Positions 48,682 through 57,750 of a stretch of DNA of 64,000 nucleotides are shown piece after piece. The number at the start of each line of letters is the position of its first letter. Position 1 is the stretch's first letter. This stretch comes from a candidate division WOR-3 bacterium (GTDB lineage: Bacteria > Hydrothermota > Hydrothermia > LBFQ01 > DSFT01). A program made the translations under genes and the position numbers. The DNA is taken from the NCBI GenBank assembly GCA_025060695.1, contig JANXBH010000001.1, positions 90,730-154,729 on the forward strand, written 5' to 3'. Below the pieces are notes generated by a model. The model searched no databases. It saw only the letters and a list, made by a program, of their open reading frames with translations, and was not told the DNA's origin.

Positions 48682-49795
48682 TAGCTTTGATTTCTTTTAT
48701 TTCTTCGCCATTTTTAACATTTAAAACTTCTAATAGTCTATCAAGGTCATTGTTAAGAAATTCATAAATAAAGCGAATAATATTTTTAAAGTTTCTGTCA
48801 GTTAATTGTTTTAACTCATTATAGCTAATACTTCTTAAATGAAAGAGCATAATTTTGGAAAAGAAATCAATAATATTTAAGTTATAATCCTTTTCAAAGA
48901 AAGCTTTTATGTGAATAGGTAAATTTTTAAACTTTAAAAGTTTTTTCTCAATTGATAGTGCATATCTAATAGCATTTTCTATCTCACTAAAATTTCCAAA
49001 CCAAGGATAAGTTAAGTACGCTCTATAAAAGTCCTCTTCAATTTCTACCATTTCATTCGTAATATTTCTTAAAAAGTGCTCTAATATAAGTAGTTTCTCT
49101 TTATGGTTTCTTTCAGAGATAGATGGTATATAGATTGATGGTACTGTAGAAAGATTTATAGGTGGAGAGATATTGTCCGTAATGAATACAATTCTTCCTT
49201 TCTTTTTATATATACTATTTACAGCAAAATTAAATTCAAGAATACTTTCAAATAGGTCTATATTCATTATAATTATTGACTTAGTCTTTTCTTTTTCTTT
49301 TCTAAAACCCACTTCCTTTTCCTCAATTTCAAAATAGTCTACTGCTCTATCTCCAATTATAGAGCGTATAATTGTATATTTACCAACACCCCTTTGACCA
49401 TATATCAAAATCCAAGGTTCATACTCACTATTTAGTAGTATTTCAAGTTTTCTATATATGTCATCTGTTTTTCCATAATAGCAAACAAAGTTTACATTTG
49501 CAGGCTTTAAATCGTTTATAGCATAGTATTTATTATAAAATTCTATCATTCTTTGTCTAATAGTTTTTTTTGAATAGACTTCAAGAAAGTTATTTAAATC
49601 ATCTTCGTTTTCAAAAGAATAGTCTATAGTTTGTAAGTTAGAAGAGCCTATAGTTATAGTTGTAAAATTCAGAGATATTTCATACAGTTCCTTGTAATTA
49701 TTATCAGCAATTACAACGTCTGGGAATTCATCTATGTTTACTTGATTGTAGCTTTCCTTTATTTTAATATTTTTAGATAAATTAAGAATTTTCAA
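48668..49795 (-). CDS. AAA+ ATPase related to sigma-54 activator domains (degenerate)
   Basis: Walker A ILIYGQRGVGKYT and the C-terminal PWFGNFSEIENAIRYA resembling the WPGNVRELEN signature. No GAFTGA, no receiver domain and no obvious HTH. Start taken as TTG 49793-49795, 4 nt after tRNA-Gly. The ORF track began at a TTG inside the tRNA. Confidence 0.4.
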   Translation of the reverse strand: MKILNLSKNIKIKESYNQVNIDEFPDVVIADNNYKELYEISLNFTTITIGSSNLQTIDYSFENEDDLNNFLEVYSKKTIRQRMIEFYNKYYAINDLKPANVNFVCYYGKTDDIYRKLEILLNSEYEPWILIYGQRGVGKYTIIRSIIGDRAVDYFEIEEKEVGFRKEKEKTKSIIIMNIDLFESILEFNFAVNSIYKKKGRIVFITDNISPPINLSTVPSIYIPSISERNHKEKLLILEHFLRNITNEMVEIEEDFYRAYLTYPWFGNFSEIENAIRYALSIEKKLLKFKNLPIHIKAFFEKDYNLNIIDFFSKIMLFHLRSISYNELKQLTDRNFKNIIRFIYEFLNNDLDRLLEVLNVKNGEEIKEIKAIIHE

Positions 49796-49798
49796 AAG

Positions 49799-49870
49799 AG
49801 CGAGCGACGGGACTTGAACCCGCAACCCCCAGCTTGGAAGGCTGGCGCTCTACCGTTGAGCTACGCTCGC
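49799..49870 (-). tRNA. tRNA-Gly (anticodon TCC)
   Basis: GCGAGCGTAGCTCAACGGTAGAGC...CCAGC-CTTCCAA-GCTGG...GCGGGTTCAAGTCCCGT-CGCTCGC-T. Confidence 0.85.
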
Positions 49871-49883
49871 TAAGTATAAAATT

Positions 49884-50744
49884 TTAAAGCATAGATAAAA
49901 TTCTTTGAGAATCATAAACTTGTAAATCAATGTCCAAGTAGTATATATTTTCTTTATTTTCAATTTTTACAAAGTCCTTTAAAGTGGTTATTATAGGAAG
50001 GTTGAATTTCCTTAATGGTTTTAAATCACTTTCTTTATAGTAGTGATGGTCAGGAAATTCTTTAAAATATATAAGATTAAATGTTTTACTTACTATATTC
50101 TTAAAACTCCTACTATCCGCAATGCCACAGAAAGCCACAACATCTTTAAAGTTATATGGATTTATTATTTTATATCTTATGCTGACAGCAGGCTTTCCAT
50201 AAAATTCAGAAATCTCAAAAAACTCAGAAAATTTAAAATTTATTACTATAAAATCTACCCTCTTTATTTCAGTTATAGGTTCTCTATATTTCCCAAATGG
50301 AAATACTTTCCAACCCCTAAGTTCATTGTAGTTTATAATCAATATTTTTTTATCAAAGTCTATCCTCCAATACTGTAATGCATCATCAAATAGTAAAATA
50401 TGAGGTTTAAATAGTTCAATGCCAATTTTTGATGCAAGAAATCTGTCTTTATATACAAGAACTTTCAAACCTGTTTTAAGATGTATTAAATATGGCTCAT
50501 CACCTACTAAGCTGACATCTATATCTTTGTCCCTAATTAACTGAACATGCTTGTTTTTCCTCTTATAACCTCTACTTAGAACAATTACATTATACCTCTG
50601 TTTTAGCTTATTTGCTAAGAATATAGTAAATGGAGTTTTCCCTGTTCCACCAAATGAAAAATTTCCAATAGCTATTGTTTTTGCATCTAACTTTTCTGGC
50701 TTTATTAAAGATCTATGTATCTTAGAGATATAGTAGTAAATCAC
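49884..50744 (-). CDS. lpxK: tetraacyldisaccharide 4'-kinase
   Basis: P-loop IAIGNFSFGGTGKTPF. 286 aa. Confidence 0.8.
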   Translation of the reverse strand: MIYYYISKIHRSLIKPEKLDAKTIAIGNFSFGGTGKTPFTIFLANKLKQRYNVIVLSRGYKRKNKHVQLIRDKDIDVSLVGDEPYLIHLKTGLKVLVYKDRFLASKIGIELFKPHILLFDDALQYWRIDFDKKILIINYNELRGWKVFPFGKYREPITEIKRVDFIVINFKFSEFFEISEFYGKPAVSIRYKIINPYNFKDVVAFCGIADSRSFKNIVSKTFNLIYFKEFPDHHYYKESDLKPLRKFNLPIITTLKDFVKIENKENIYYLDIDLQVYDSQRILSML

Positions 50745-51328
50745 ATTATTTCTTTTTCATCTATAAGATGACCCATTTTTTTAATCTTCGTTAAAATGTA
50801 ATTTTTATTGTATTTATTTGCTTTTACATAAACTGGTATTCTCTCCACAATTTCAATACCACATATACTAAGATGTTTTATCTTTTGTGGATTATTCGTC
50901 ATTAATCTTACCTTTTTTACACCTATATCTTTTAGAATTTCACATGCAACTTTATAGTTTCTTAAATCAGCTTCAAAACCAAGCTGGTGATTTGCTAAAA
51001 CTGTATCATATCCCAAGTCCTGTAAATAGTAAGCTTTTACTTTATTTATAAGTCCTATTCCTCTACCCTCTTGGTTTAAATATATCAAAATTCCTCTTCC
51101 TTCACTTGAAATTTTTTCTAATGCATATTTTAATTGAGCTCCACAATCACATCTTAAAGAGCCAAATGTATCCCCCGTAATACATTGCGAATGTACCCTT
51201 ACTAATATATTATCTCCAACTTCACCCATAATCAATGCAATGTGCTCTTTACCACCTTCAGAGTATACTCTTATAGTAAATTCACCAAAAATTGTAGGAA
51301 GACTTGCTTGAGCTTCAAATTTCACCAT
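50741..51328 (-). CDS. ribA: GTP cyclohydrolase II
   Basis: Zn site VHSQCITGDTFGSLRCDCG, and the LNQEGRGIGL and LMTNNPQK motifs. 195 aa monofunctional form. Confidence 0.85.
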   Translation of the reverse strand: MVKFEAQASLPTIFGEFTIRVYSEGGKEHIALIMGEVGDNILVRVHSQCITGDTFGSLRCDCGAQLKYALEKISSEGRGILIYLNQEGRGIGLINKVKAYYLQDLGYDTVLANHQLGFEADLRNYKVACEILKDIGVKKVRLMTNNPQKIKHLSICGIEIVERIPVYVKANKYNKNYILTKIKKMGHLIDEKEIM

Positions 51329-52172
51329 AGAAAACTTTATCCGCTCTATATGAGCTTCTTACGAGTGGTCCTGAGAATACTTCTTTAAATCCAATTTCTA
51401 ATGCTCTATCTCTATACCATTTGAATTTATACGGCGGAACATATTCTACTACGCTTAAGTGTCTTTTTGAGGGTTGTAAATATTGTCCAATTGTTAATAT
51501 ATCCACACCCACATTTCTTAAGTCTTTCATAGTTTGAATAACCTCCTCCTCAGTTTCTCCAAGTCCAACCATAATTGAACTTTTAGTTAATATATTGCTA
51601 CTTTGATTCTTTGCATGTTCCAAAACAAAAAGTGATTGTTTATAGCTTGCCCTTGGGTCTCTTACTATAGACGTTAGTCTTTCTACCGTTTCTATGTTAT
51701 GTGCAAATACATCAAGTGGAGATTTTGCTACTAAACTAATAGAGTTTCTATTTGCTTGAAAATCTCCAACAAGTGCCTCAATTTTAATATCTGGGAAATT
51801 CTTTCTTATTTCTAATATAGTTCTATATACGTGAAATGCACCACCATCTACTAAATCATCCCTATCAACCATAGTAATTACTACATATCTTAGATTTAGA
51901 TGTCTAATAGTTTCTACTACGTGAATAGGTTCTAATGGATCAATCCAACCTTTTGGATTTCCAGTTTTTACAGCACAAAATTTACAATTTCTGGTACAAG
52001 TATCTCCAAGTATCATTATAGTAGCTGTCCCGTGCGACCAACATTCGTTTATATTTGGACACTTCGCTTCTTCACAAACTGTATACAGTTTTTTATTTCT
52101 TAATATATCCTTGACTTCATAAAATTTATCATTATATTCAAGCTTAATTTTTAACCACTCAGGTTTGTTCAT
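51315..52172 (-). CDS. lipA: lipoyl synthase
   Basis: CEEAKCPNINEC (auxiliary cluster) and LGDTCTRNCKFC (radical-SAM CxxxCxxC). Confidence 0.9.
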   Translation of the reverse strand: MNKPEWLKIKLEYNDKFYEVKDILRNKKLYTVCEEAKCPNINECWSHGTATIMILGDTCTRNCKFCAVKTGNPKGWIDPLEPIHVVETIRHLNLRYVVITMVDRDDLVDGGAFHVYRTILEIRKNFPDIKIEALVGDFQANRNSISLVAKSPLDVFAHNIETVERLTSIVRDPRASYKQSLFVLEHAKNQSSNILTKSSIMVGLGETEEEVIQTMKDLRNVGVDILTIGQYLQPSKRHLSVVEYVPPYKFKWYRDRALEIGFKEVFSGPLVRSSYRADKVFYGEI

Positions 52173-52174
52173 TA

Positions 52175-52219
52175 TTTTAAAATTTTAAAACACATTTATT
52201 CACTTTAAAATTTAAAAAG
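52175..52219. promoter_or_regulatory. tandem TTTTAAAATTTTAAAA / CTTTAAAATTTAAAAA elements between lipA (-) and the + strand operon start
   Basis: lipA ATG 52172 is preceded on the minus strand by TAAAAT-containing sequence. The + gene GTG 52219 lies 7 nt after TAAAAT. Confidence 0.45.
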
Positions 52220-53037
52220 TGTCAAAAATTGTATACGATAAAATAAAATATGATGGGATTTCAAGTAGTTTTATTATTACACATGCGTTTGAAAAATTTC
52301 TAAAAGTCAACGTTTTTAATGGTTATATAATATTTAATAACAAGGATTTTGTATATGTACTAAACGGTGAACTCTATGGAATTAAGAAACTTGAAGATGC
52401 AAAGCAACCATGGATTGCTAATGTATACGAATTAAATTCAAAAACACTAATACTATTTATGAACTTTAAAAACTCAAAAAATTTAGAAAGTTTAAAGATA
52501 TCTTCAAGACTTTTTGATACACTAATATCTGAAACTCTTGAAATTACTAAATTTTTTTGGATTGAGATAAAAGATGGTAATAATCTTTACGATTTGGCAT
52601 ACTTTTTAGGAGAAGTTGTAGGGATTTATAGGAATTCTGTAAGGATCTTAGAATTACCCGAAAACGAATTATCAAACAGAATTGAGGTAAATGTTTTTGA
52701 TTTTAATGAATATCTTGAAACAAAAAAGGCAGAGATACTTAAGAACTTCTATATAAAAAGGTTTGAAAACATTTGGCAAAAATACAAAGAGACATTAATT
52801 ATAGAATATAGTAAGGAGAAGGCTGAAGTGGAATTTAGAAAATTACAAAAAGAATTATCAAAAAAATACTCAATTTTAGACCCATTGCTTGGTATTGTGG
52901 ACATAGATAAGAACTTTGACTTAAAAGTCCAATCACTAAATGAAGATGAGGTCTTCATAGTTAGAGAACTACTTCTGAATTTTTATTCAAAAACTATACC
53001 GAAGAAACTTGAAAAGATAAAAGAAGAGTTAGCATGA
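52219..53037 (+). CDS. hypothetical protein; first gene of a long + strand operon
   Basis: 272 aa with no motif recognised. GTG start 7 nt after CTTTAAAATTTAAAAA. Confidence 0.3.
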   Translation: MSKIVYDKIKYDGISSSFIITHAFEKFLKVNVFNGYIIFNNKDFVYVLNGELYGIKKLEDAKQPWIANVYELNSKTLILFMNFKNSKNLESLKISSRLFDTLISETLEITKFFWIEIKDGNNLYDLAYFLGEVVGIYRNSVRILELPENELSNRIEVNVFDFNEYLETKKAEILKNFYIKRFENIWQKYKETLIIEYSKEKAEVEFRKLQKELSKKYSILDPLLGIVDIDKNFDLKVQSLNEDEVFIVRELLLNFYSKTIPKKLEKIKEELA

Positions 53038-53753
53038 GAAAATTCTCAGATATTGTATTTTCAAGATTATCAAATGTTTTTAGAAGTTTATTTATAGCAA
53101 TTATAGTAATAAATGGTGTTTTGTTATTTTCTCTTTCTAAAATTTTTGAAAAATCTTCAGATATTGGCTTTTTAAGAGGACAATTAACCTCATTTTCTCT
53201 AATGATTTATGATATTATTGCAGGGATACACTCAAAGGAGTTTGCAAAATTATCACTTTCTGAAAGTATAAATAAAACTGAGCCAATATTAAAGAAATAT
53301 AGAGATGATGTTTGGTCAAAGGATTTTGGAAGATTCATTGAAAAATTTAAACTTTTTATAGAAAATCCAACTCAAAAAGCAGCAAATGAAATATTTCTAT
53401 TAGCTGAAAATTTAAATAGAAAACTGATTGAAATTGATGAAGAAAGCAGAAAAATTAGTTCAATGGGGGTTATTGTAGTAATAGCTTTAAATATCTTTTT
53501 TCTCGGTGCTTTAGGATTCTTTATGATAAACTACACTTATAAACTGTCTTCAGAGTTTTCCGCACCACTTATTGAAATAAGGAACATTATTTCAAAAATA
53601 GCCATAGGTAGTATAGATAAAGCGGTAAAATATGAGGGTAATATAGAGGAAGTTTATGATATATTCCAGAGTATTGAAACCTTAAGGGAAGATTTGTATC
53701 AAAGTAAGCTTAGGATACAAGAAATATTAAAGAAATACAGAGAAGGGAAATAG
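53034..53753 (+). CDS. membrane protein: TM, periplasmic helical domain, TM, HAMP-like domain, no output domain
   Basis: Two hydrophobic helices (LFIAIIVINGVLLFSL; GVIVVIALNIFFLGALGFFMI) and an approximately 50-aa amphipathic segment after TM2 (APLIEIRNIISKIAIGSIDKAVKYEG...) typical of HAMP. Confidence 0.4.
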   Translation: MRKFSDIVFSRLSNVFRSLFIAIIVINGVLLFSLSKIFEKSSDIGFLRGQLTSFSLMIYDIIAGIHSKEFAKLSLSESINKTEPILKKYRDDVWSKDFGRFIEKFKLFIENPTQKAANEIFLLAENLNRKLIEIDEESRKISSMGVIVVIALNIFFLGALGFFMINYTYKLSSEFSAPLIEIRNIISKIAIGSIDKAVKYEGNIEEVYDIFQSIETLREDLYQSKLRIQEILKKYREGK

Positions 53754-53768
53754 CTTTAAAATTATAGT
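53754..53768 (+). promoter_or_regulatory. CTTTAAAATTATAGT element 6 nt upstream of the recN ATG (possible internal promoter)
   Basis: TAGCTTTAAAATTATAGT-ATG at 53769. Confidence 0.35.
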
Positions 53769-55454
53769 ATGATATTAAATTTGAAAGTGAAAAATTTCTT
53801 GCTATTAAAGGAAGCACATATAGAATTTGATAAGGGTTTTAATGTGCTAACAGGTGAAACTGGAGCAGGAAAGTCATTATTACTAAAAGCATTAAGTTTA
53901 GCACTTGGAGATAGAATTGATTGGGAAATATTTACTGAAGAAAAGTCCTTAATTGAAGTTCAAGTTTTAGTTCCAGACGAGTTTTTAAGTCTCTTTGAAA
54001 ATTATGGTATAGAATTAGATGGAAATTTACTAATAATAAGAAGAATTATAGAAGGTGATAAAAGAAGAAGTAGAATATATGCAAATGACAATCTTGTTCT
54101 TTCAAAGACTATAAATGAAATAATAAGAAATCTGATAGAAATTCACGGACAATACGATACATATAAGTTATTCAATGAAGAGTATCAGATGGAAGTAATT
54201 GATAGATATGCAAAATCAAGAGTTTTTGAGAACGATTATCAAGCCAATATTTTAGATAAATATGCAAACAATGAAAACTTAATAGAAAGCTACAGAAAAA
54301 TTTATAAAGATTGGCTTTACTTAAATAATATCTATAACGAATATAAGGAAAAGGAAGAGAAATATATTCAAGAACTTGAGTTTTTAAAATATCAATTGAA
54401 TGAATTAGAAGAAGCAAATTTAAAAATAAATGAAGAGCAAGAATTGTTAAGGAAATTAGAATATTTAAGAAAAATAGAGGAAATTAGAGAAATAAAGCAA
54501 CTAATTAAAAATATTGTTTTTGAAGGAGAAGAGAATGTAATTTCTAAGTTATACTTTATTTTAAGAAAACTTGAGAATTTAGAAGATATTCAGGAATTTA
54601 GGGAATTAAAGGAAAAATTCGAGAATATTATATATGAACTAAAGGAGCTAAAACACTACTATAAAGATAACAATTTGGAAGAATACGAAAGCTTAGACTT
54701 TATACAAGAAAGGTTATTTTTACTAAATAGACTAAAAAAGAAATATTCAAAAAGTATTGAAGAATTACTAAACTATAAGGAGGAACTAAAGGAGAAAATA
54801 AAAAAGATAGAGAATTTACCTTTTGAAATTAAGAATTTATCTGAGAAAATTAAAGATTTAAGTAAAAATTTAGAAAACTTGGCAAATGAAATAAGTAAGC
54901 GTAGAAAGAACGCAAGCAAGAATTTTAGAGAAGAAATTATTAAAACTTTAAAGGAACTTGGAATGCCAGATGCGGAGTTTTTAACAAAATTTGAAGAAAT
55001 ACCTTTAGGTTATAATGGTAAGGATAGGGTTGAATTTTTGTTTTCTGCTAATAAAAATTTTCCACCAAGACCATTAAGGAAAATAGTATCAGGTGGAGAG
55101 CTTTCGCGCTTTGCTCTTTCACTAAAACTTGCAATAGCAGGTAAAGAAAGTCCCACAACATTAATATTTGATGAGATTGATACAGGTATAGGTGGAGAAA
55201 CTGCTCTAAAAGTTGCACAAAAACTGCAAGAACTTTCAAAATTCTACCAAGTTATAGTAATTACACATTTACCTCAAATTGCAAGCAAATCAAACAAGCA
55301 CTTTTTAATAATGAAAAAAGACGGTATAGCCCAAATAAATGAATTAGATGAAAAAGAAAGAGTTTTAGAAATTGCAAGAATGCTATCTGGTATAGTTTCA
55401 GATGAAAGTTTAAAACATGCAAAGTTTTTACTTTCTAACAGAAGTGCTTTATAA
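53769..55454 (+). CDS. recN: DNA repair protein RecN
   Basis: N-terminal LKVKNFLLLKEAHIEFDKGFNVLTGETGAGKSLLLKAL (Walker A), a long coiled coil, and a C-terminal SGGELSRFALSLKLA signature plus Walker B LIFDEIDTGIGG. Confidence 0.85.
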   Translation: MILNLKVKNFLLLKEAHIEFDKGFNVLTGETGAGKSLLLKALSLALGDRIDWEIFTEEKSLIEVQVLVPDEFLSLFENYGIELDGNLLIIRRIIEGDKRRSRIYANDNLVLSKTINEIIRNLIEIHGQYDTYKLFNEEYQMEVIDRYAKSRVFENDYQANILDKYANNENLIESYRKIYKDWLYLNNIYNEYKEKEEKYIQELEFLKYQLNELEEANLKINEEQELLRKLEYLRKIEEIREIKQLIKNIVFEGEENVISKLYFILRKLENLEDIQEFRELKEKFENIIYELKELKHYYKDNNLEEYESLDFIQERLFLLNRLKKKYSKSIEELLNYKEELKEKIKKIENLPFEIKNLSEKIKDLSKNLENLANEISKRRKNASKNFREEIIKTLKELGMPDAEFLTKFEEIPLGYNGKDRVEFLFSANKNFPPRPLRKIVSGGELSRFALSLKLAIAGKESPTTLIFDEIDTGIGGETALKVAQKLQELSKFYQVIVITHLPQIASKSNKHFLIMKKDGIAQINELDEKERVLEIARMLSGIVSDESLKHAKFLLSNRSAL

Positions 55455-55469
55455 TTTTGGCACATAATT

Positions 55470-56678
55470 ATGATAAGTAAAATTAGTGAAAGTAAAGTTC
55501 TAGCAAATAGTCTAAGGAGCATTTCTGTGGGATTTTCTAATAACGAAAAACCTTATATGGCAGGTATAGAAGCTGTAAAGGAAGCAATGGAATTGCTTAT
55601 GATAAAAGACATTTCATTTGCAATAGCTGTAATTTCAAAAGATTACGAATATAAAAAAGTTATAGAAGGAATAAAGCAGATTATTCCAAAAGCAACACTA
55701 ATTAGTTTATTTTCAGATAACATAACTACTTATAGCTTCATGTCTAACAAGGGAGTTGCAGTTTTGCTATTTACAAGTGAGATAAATGTCAATTATCACA
55801 TAGCAAAAGGATTTTCTTTAAGTGTAAAAAAATCCTTAAGTGAACTATTTTCCGAAATAGACCTTGAAAAAAAATCATACAAGAATGATATACTTATATT
55901 TTTCATACCCGGCTCTATACCACTGCCTGGGCAAAATAGTATATCGGTTATTGAAAATTATATTAAGGACTTTAACTGCATAGTAGGTGGGGTGTTTGGA
56001 ACTCTCAATTTAGTTGAATATCAAACATTTATCATAGACGAGAAAGTTTTAACTGACCACGCAATAGCTCTAAGAATACAAACGAATAATAATTATACAG
56101 TTTCACAAAGTTATGGTTTTCATCCTGTTAGACCATTCGTAGTATCGAGTGTAAAAGGGGATATGATAATTAGTTTAGATGATGGATCTGCATTTTATTC
56201 ATTAGCAAATGTTCTCACAAAAAGAGGAATAGACGATGGAATACTTAAAGACCCCATAAAAGCACAAAGACTCCTATCTAAATATCAGTTTGCAGTTGCT
56301 AACAAGGAAAAACCTGGTCTATTTAGGTCAATAGTTCCCTTGGCTATTACGGAAAGGGGTATAAAGGTTAACTCGTTTATAGAAAAAGATTCTACAATCT
56401 GGCTCATGGAATTTAGTAAAGAAGAGATATTTGAAGGCGTAGATAAAATGTCAAGTAGAGTTTTAAATAGTTTAAAGTCTATATCAGGAGGCATCATCTT
56501 TGAGAATGTTGTGAGAAAATATCTACTTGGTGAAGATTATGTGAAAGAAAAAAGAATTATTTGGGATAATCTAAAAGTTCCATTTATTGTTCTTGAGACG
56601 ATTGAAGAAATTGTATATAGTGAAAACACATATGGAGGTTCGCATAGTGGTTCAATATTAGGACTGTTTTTTGAATAA
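55470..56678 (+). CDS. hypothetical protein (possible FIST-type sensory domain; unverified)
   Basis: 402 aa soluble protein with no catalytic motif. Its size and placement directly upstream of, and overlapping, mglB suggest an input module. The FIST assignment is a guess that needs an HMM search. Confidence 0.25.
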   Translation: MISKISESKVLANSLRSISVGFSNNEKPYMAGIEAVKEAMELLMIKDISFAIAVISKDYEYKKVIEGIKQIIPKATLISLFSDNITTYSFMSNKGVAVLLFTSEINVNYHIAKGFSLSVKKSLSELFSEIDLEKKSYKNDILIFFIPGSIPLPGQNSISVIENYIKDFNCIVGGVFGTLNLVEYQTFIIDEKVLTDHAIALRIQTNNNYTVSQSYGFHPVRPFVVSSVKGDMIISLDDGSAFYSLANVLTKRGIDDGILKDPIKAQRLLSKYQFAVANKEKPGLFRSIVPLAITERGIKVNSFIEKDSTIWLMEFSKEEIFEGVDKMSSRVLNSLKSISGGIIFENVVRKYLLGEDYVKEKRIIWDNLKVPFIVLETIEEIVYSENTYGGSHSGSILGLFFE

Positions 56679-57147
56679 GGAGGAGGTTATGGAAAAAATA
56701 GAGGAACTTTTGAATCAACTTATAAGGAAGGTTCCACAAATAAGAGCAGCAGCGGTAGTAAATACTGAAGGCATAGTTATTGCATCAGTATTAGAAGGAA
56801 ACATAAGTGAAGAGAATTTTGGAGCAATGTCTGCTGCTTTACTGGGTCTTGGAGATAGCGTGCTTTCAGAAGTAAAAGGAGGAAAGCTTTCGGAAATATA
56901 TGTAAAGGGCAATGAAAAGATGATACTACTTTCAAAGATATCAAAAGACCAATTACTATCCCTCTCTATTTCATCTGATGCACCATTAGGTTTGCTTTTA
57001 GTAGAAGTTAGAAAAACTGCTAAGATGATTGGTGCTATTCTCTCAGAAATGGAGAAAACACAAACTGTTACGGATATAAGCGAACTATTAGGTGGAGATA
57101 CCTCTATAATAGAGGGCTTGTCATTCAAGGATTTATTAGAAGAATGA
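56671..57147 (+). CDS. mglB: Roadblock/LC7 domain protein (MglB-like GTPase-activating protein)
   Basis: VPQIRAAAVVNTEGIVIASV...GAMSAALLGLGDSV is the roadblock fold signature. Immediately upstream of mglA. Confidence 0.7.
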   Translation: MNKEEVMEKIEELLNQLIRKVPQIRAAAVVNTEGIVIASVLEGNISEENFGAMSAALLGLGDSVLSEVKGGKLSEIYVKGNEKMILLSKISKDQLLSLSISSDAPLGLLLVEVRKTAKMIGAILSEMEKTQTVTDISELLGGDTSIIEGLSFKDLLEE

Positions 57148-57159
57148 GGAGAATTTGAA

Positions 57160-57750
57160 ATGTTTATAGATACTAAGAAGAAAGAAATCAATGTGAAAAT
57201 TGTGTATTATGGTCCTGCCCTCTCTGGTAAAACTACTAATTTGAAAGTAATATATGCAAAACTAAATCCAAAATTTAGGGGTGATCTTGTTACTGTTGAT
57301 ACAAAAGGTGAAAGAACGCTCTATTTTGATTTTTTACCTATTGAAATAACATTGGCCGGTGGATTTAAGGTGAAATTTCACGTATACACAGTGCCAGGGC
57401 AAGTTTTTTATAAAGCGTCAAGAAAGTTAGTTCTAAAAGGTGCGGATGGCATAGTTTTTGTAGCGGATTCCTCACCTGAAAGAAGAGAATCAAACATTCA
57501 AATAATGCAAGAACTTATTGAAACTCTTGAGGAACAAGGCATATCATTAAATTCCATTCCACTTGTGATACAATACAACAAGCGAGATATTCCTAATGCT
57601 ATGAGCATAGATATAATGAATGCGGATATAAATCATTTAAATAATCCCTACTTTGAAGCCATAGCAAGTCAAGAAAAGGGAGTTTTTGAAACCTTGGATG
57701 CAATTGTAAAACTCGTAATTAAAAAGCTAACTACGAAAACCCCTGTATGA
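57160..57750 (+). CDS. mglA: Ras-like small GTPase MglA
   Basis: KIVYYGPALSGKTTNL (P-loop), TLYFDFLP...FHVYTVPGQVFY and IQYNKRD. Near-identical to the canonical MglA motifs. Confidence 0.85.
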   Translation: MFIDTKKKEINVKIVYYGPALSGKTTNLKVIYAKLNPKFRGDLVTVDTKGERTLYFDFLPIEITLAGGFKVKFHVYTVPGQVFYKASRKLVLKGADGIVFVADSSPERRESNIQIMQELIETLEEQGISLNSIPLVIQYNKRDIPNAMSIDIMNADINHLNNPYFEAIASQEKGVFETLDAIVKLVIKKLTTKTPV

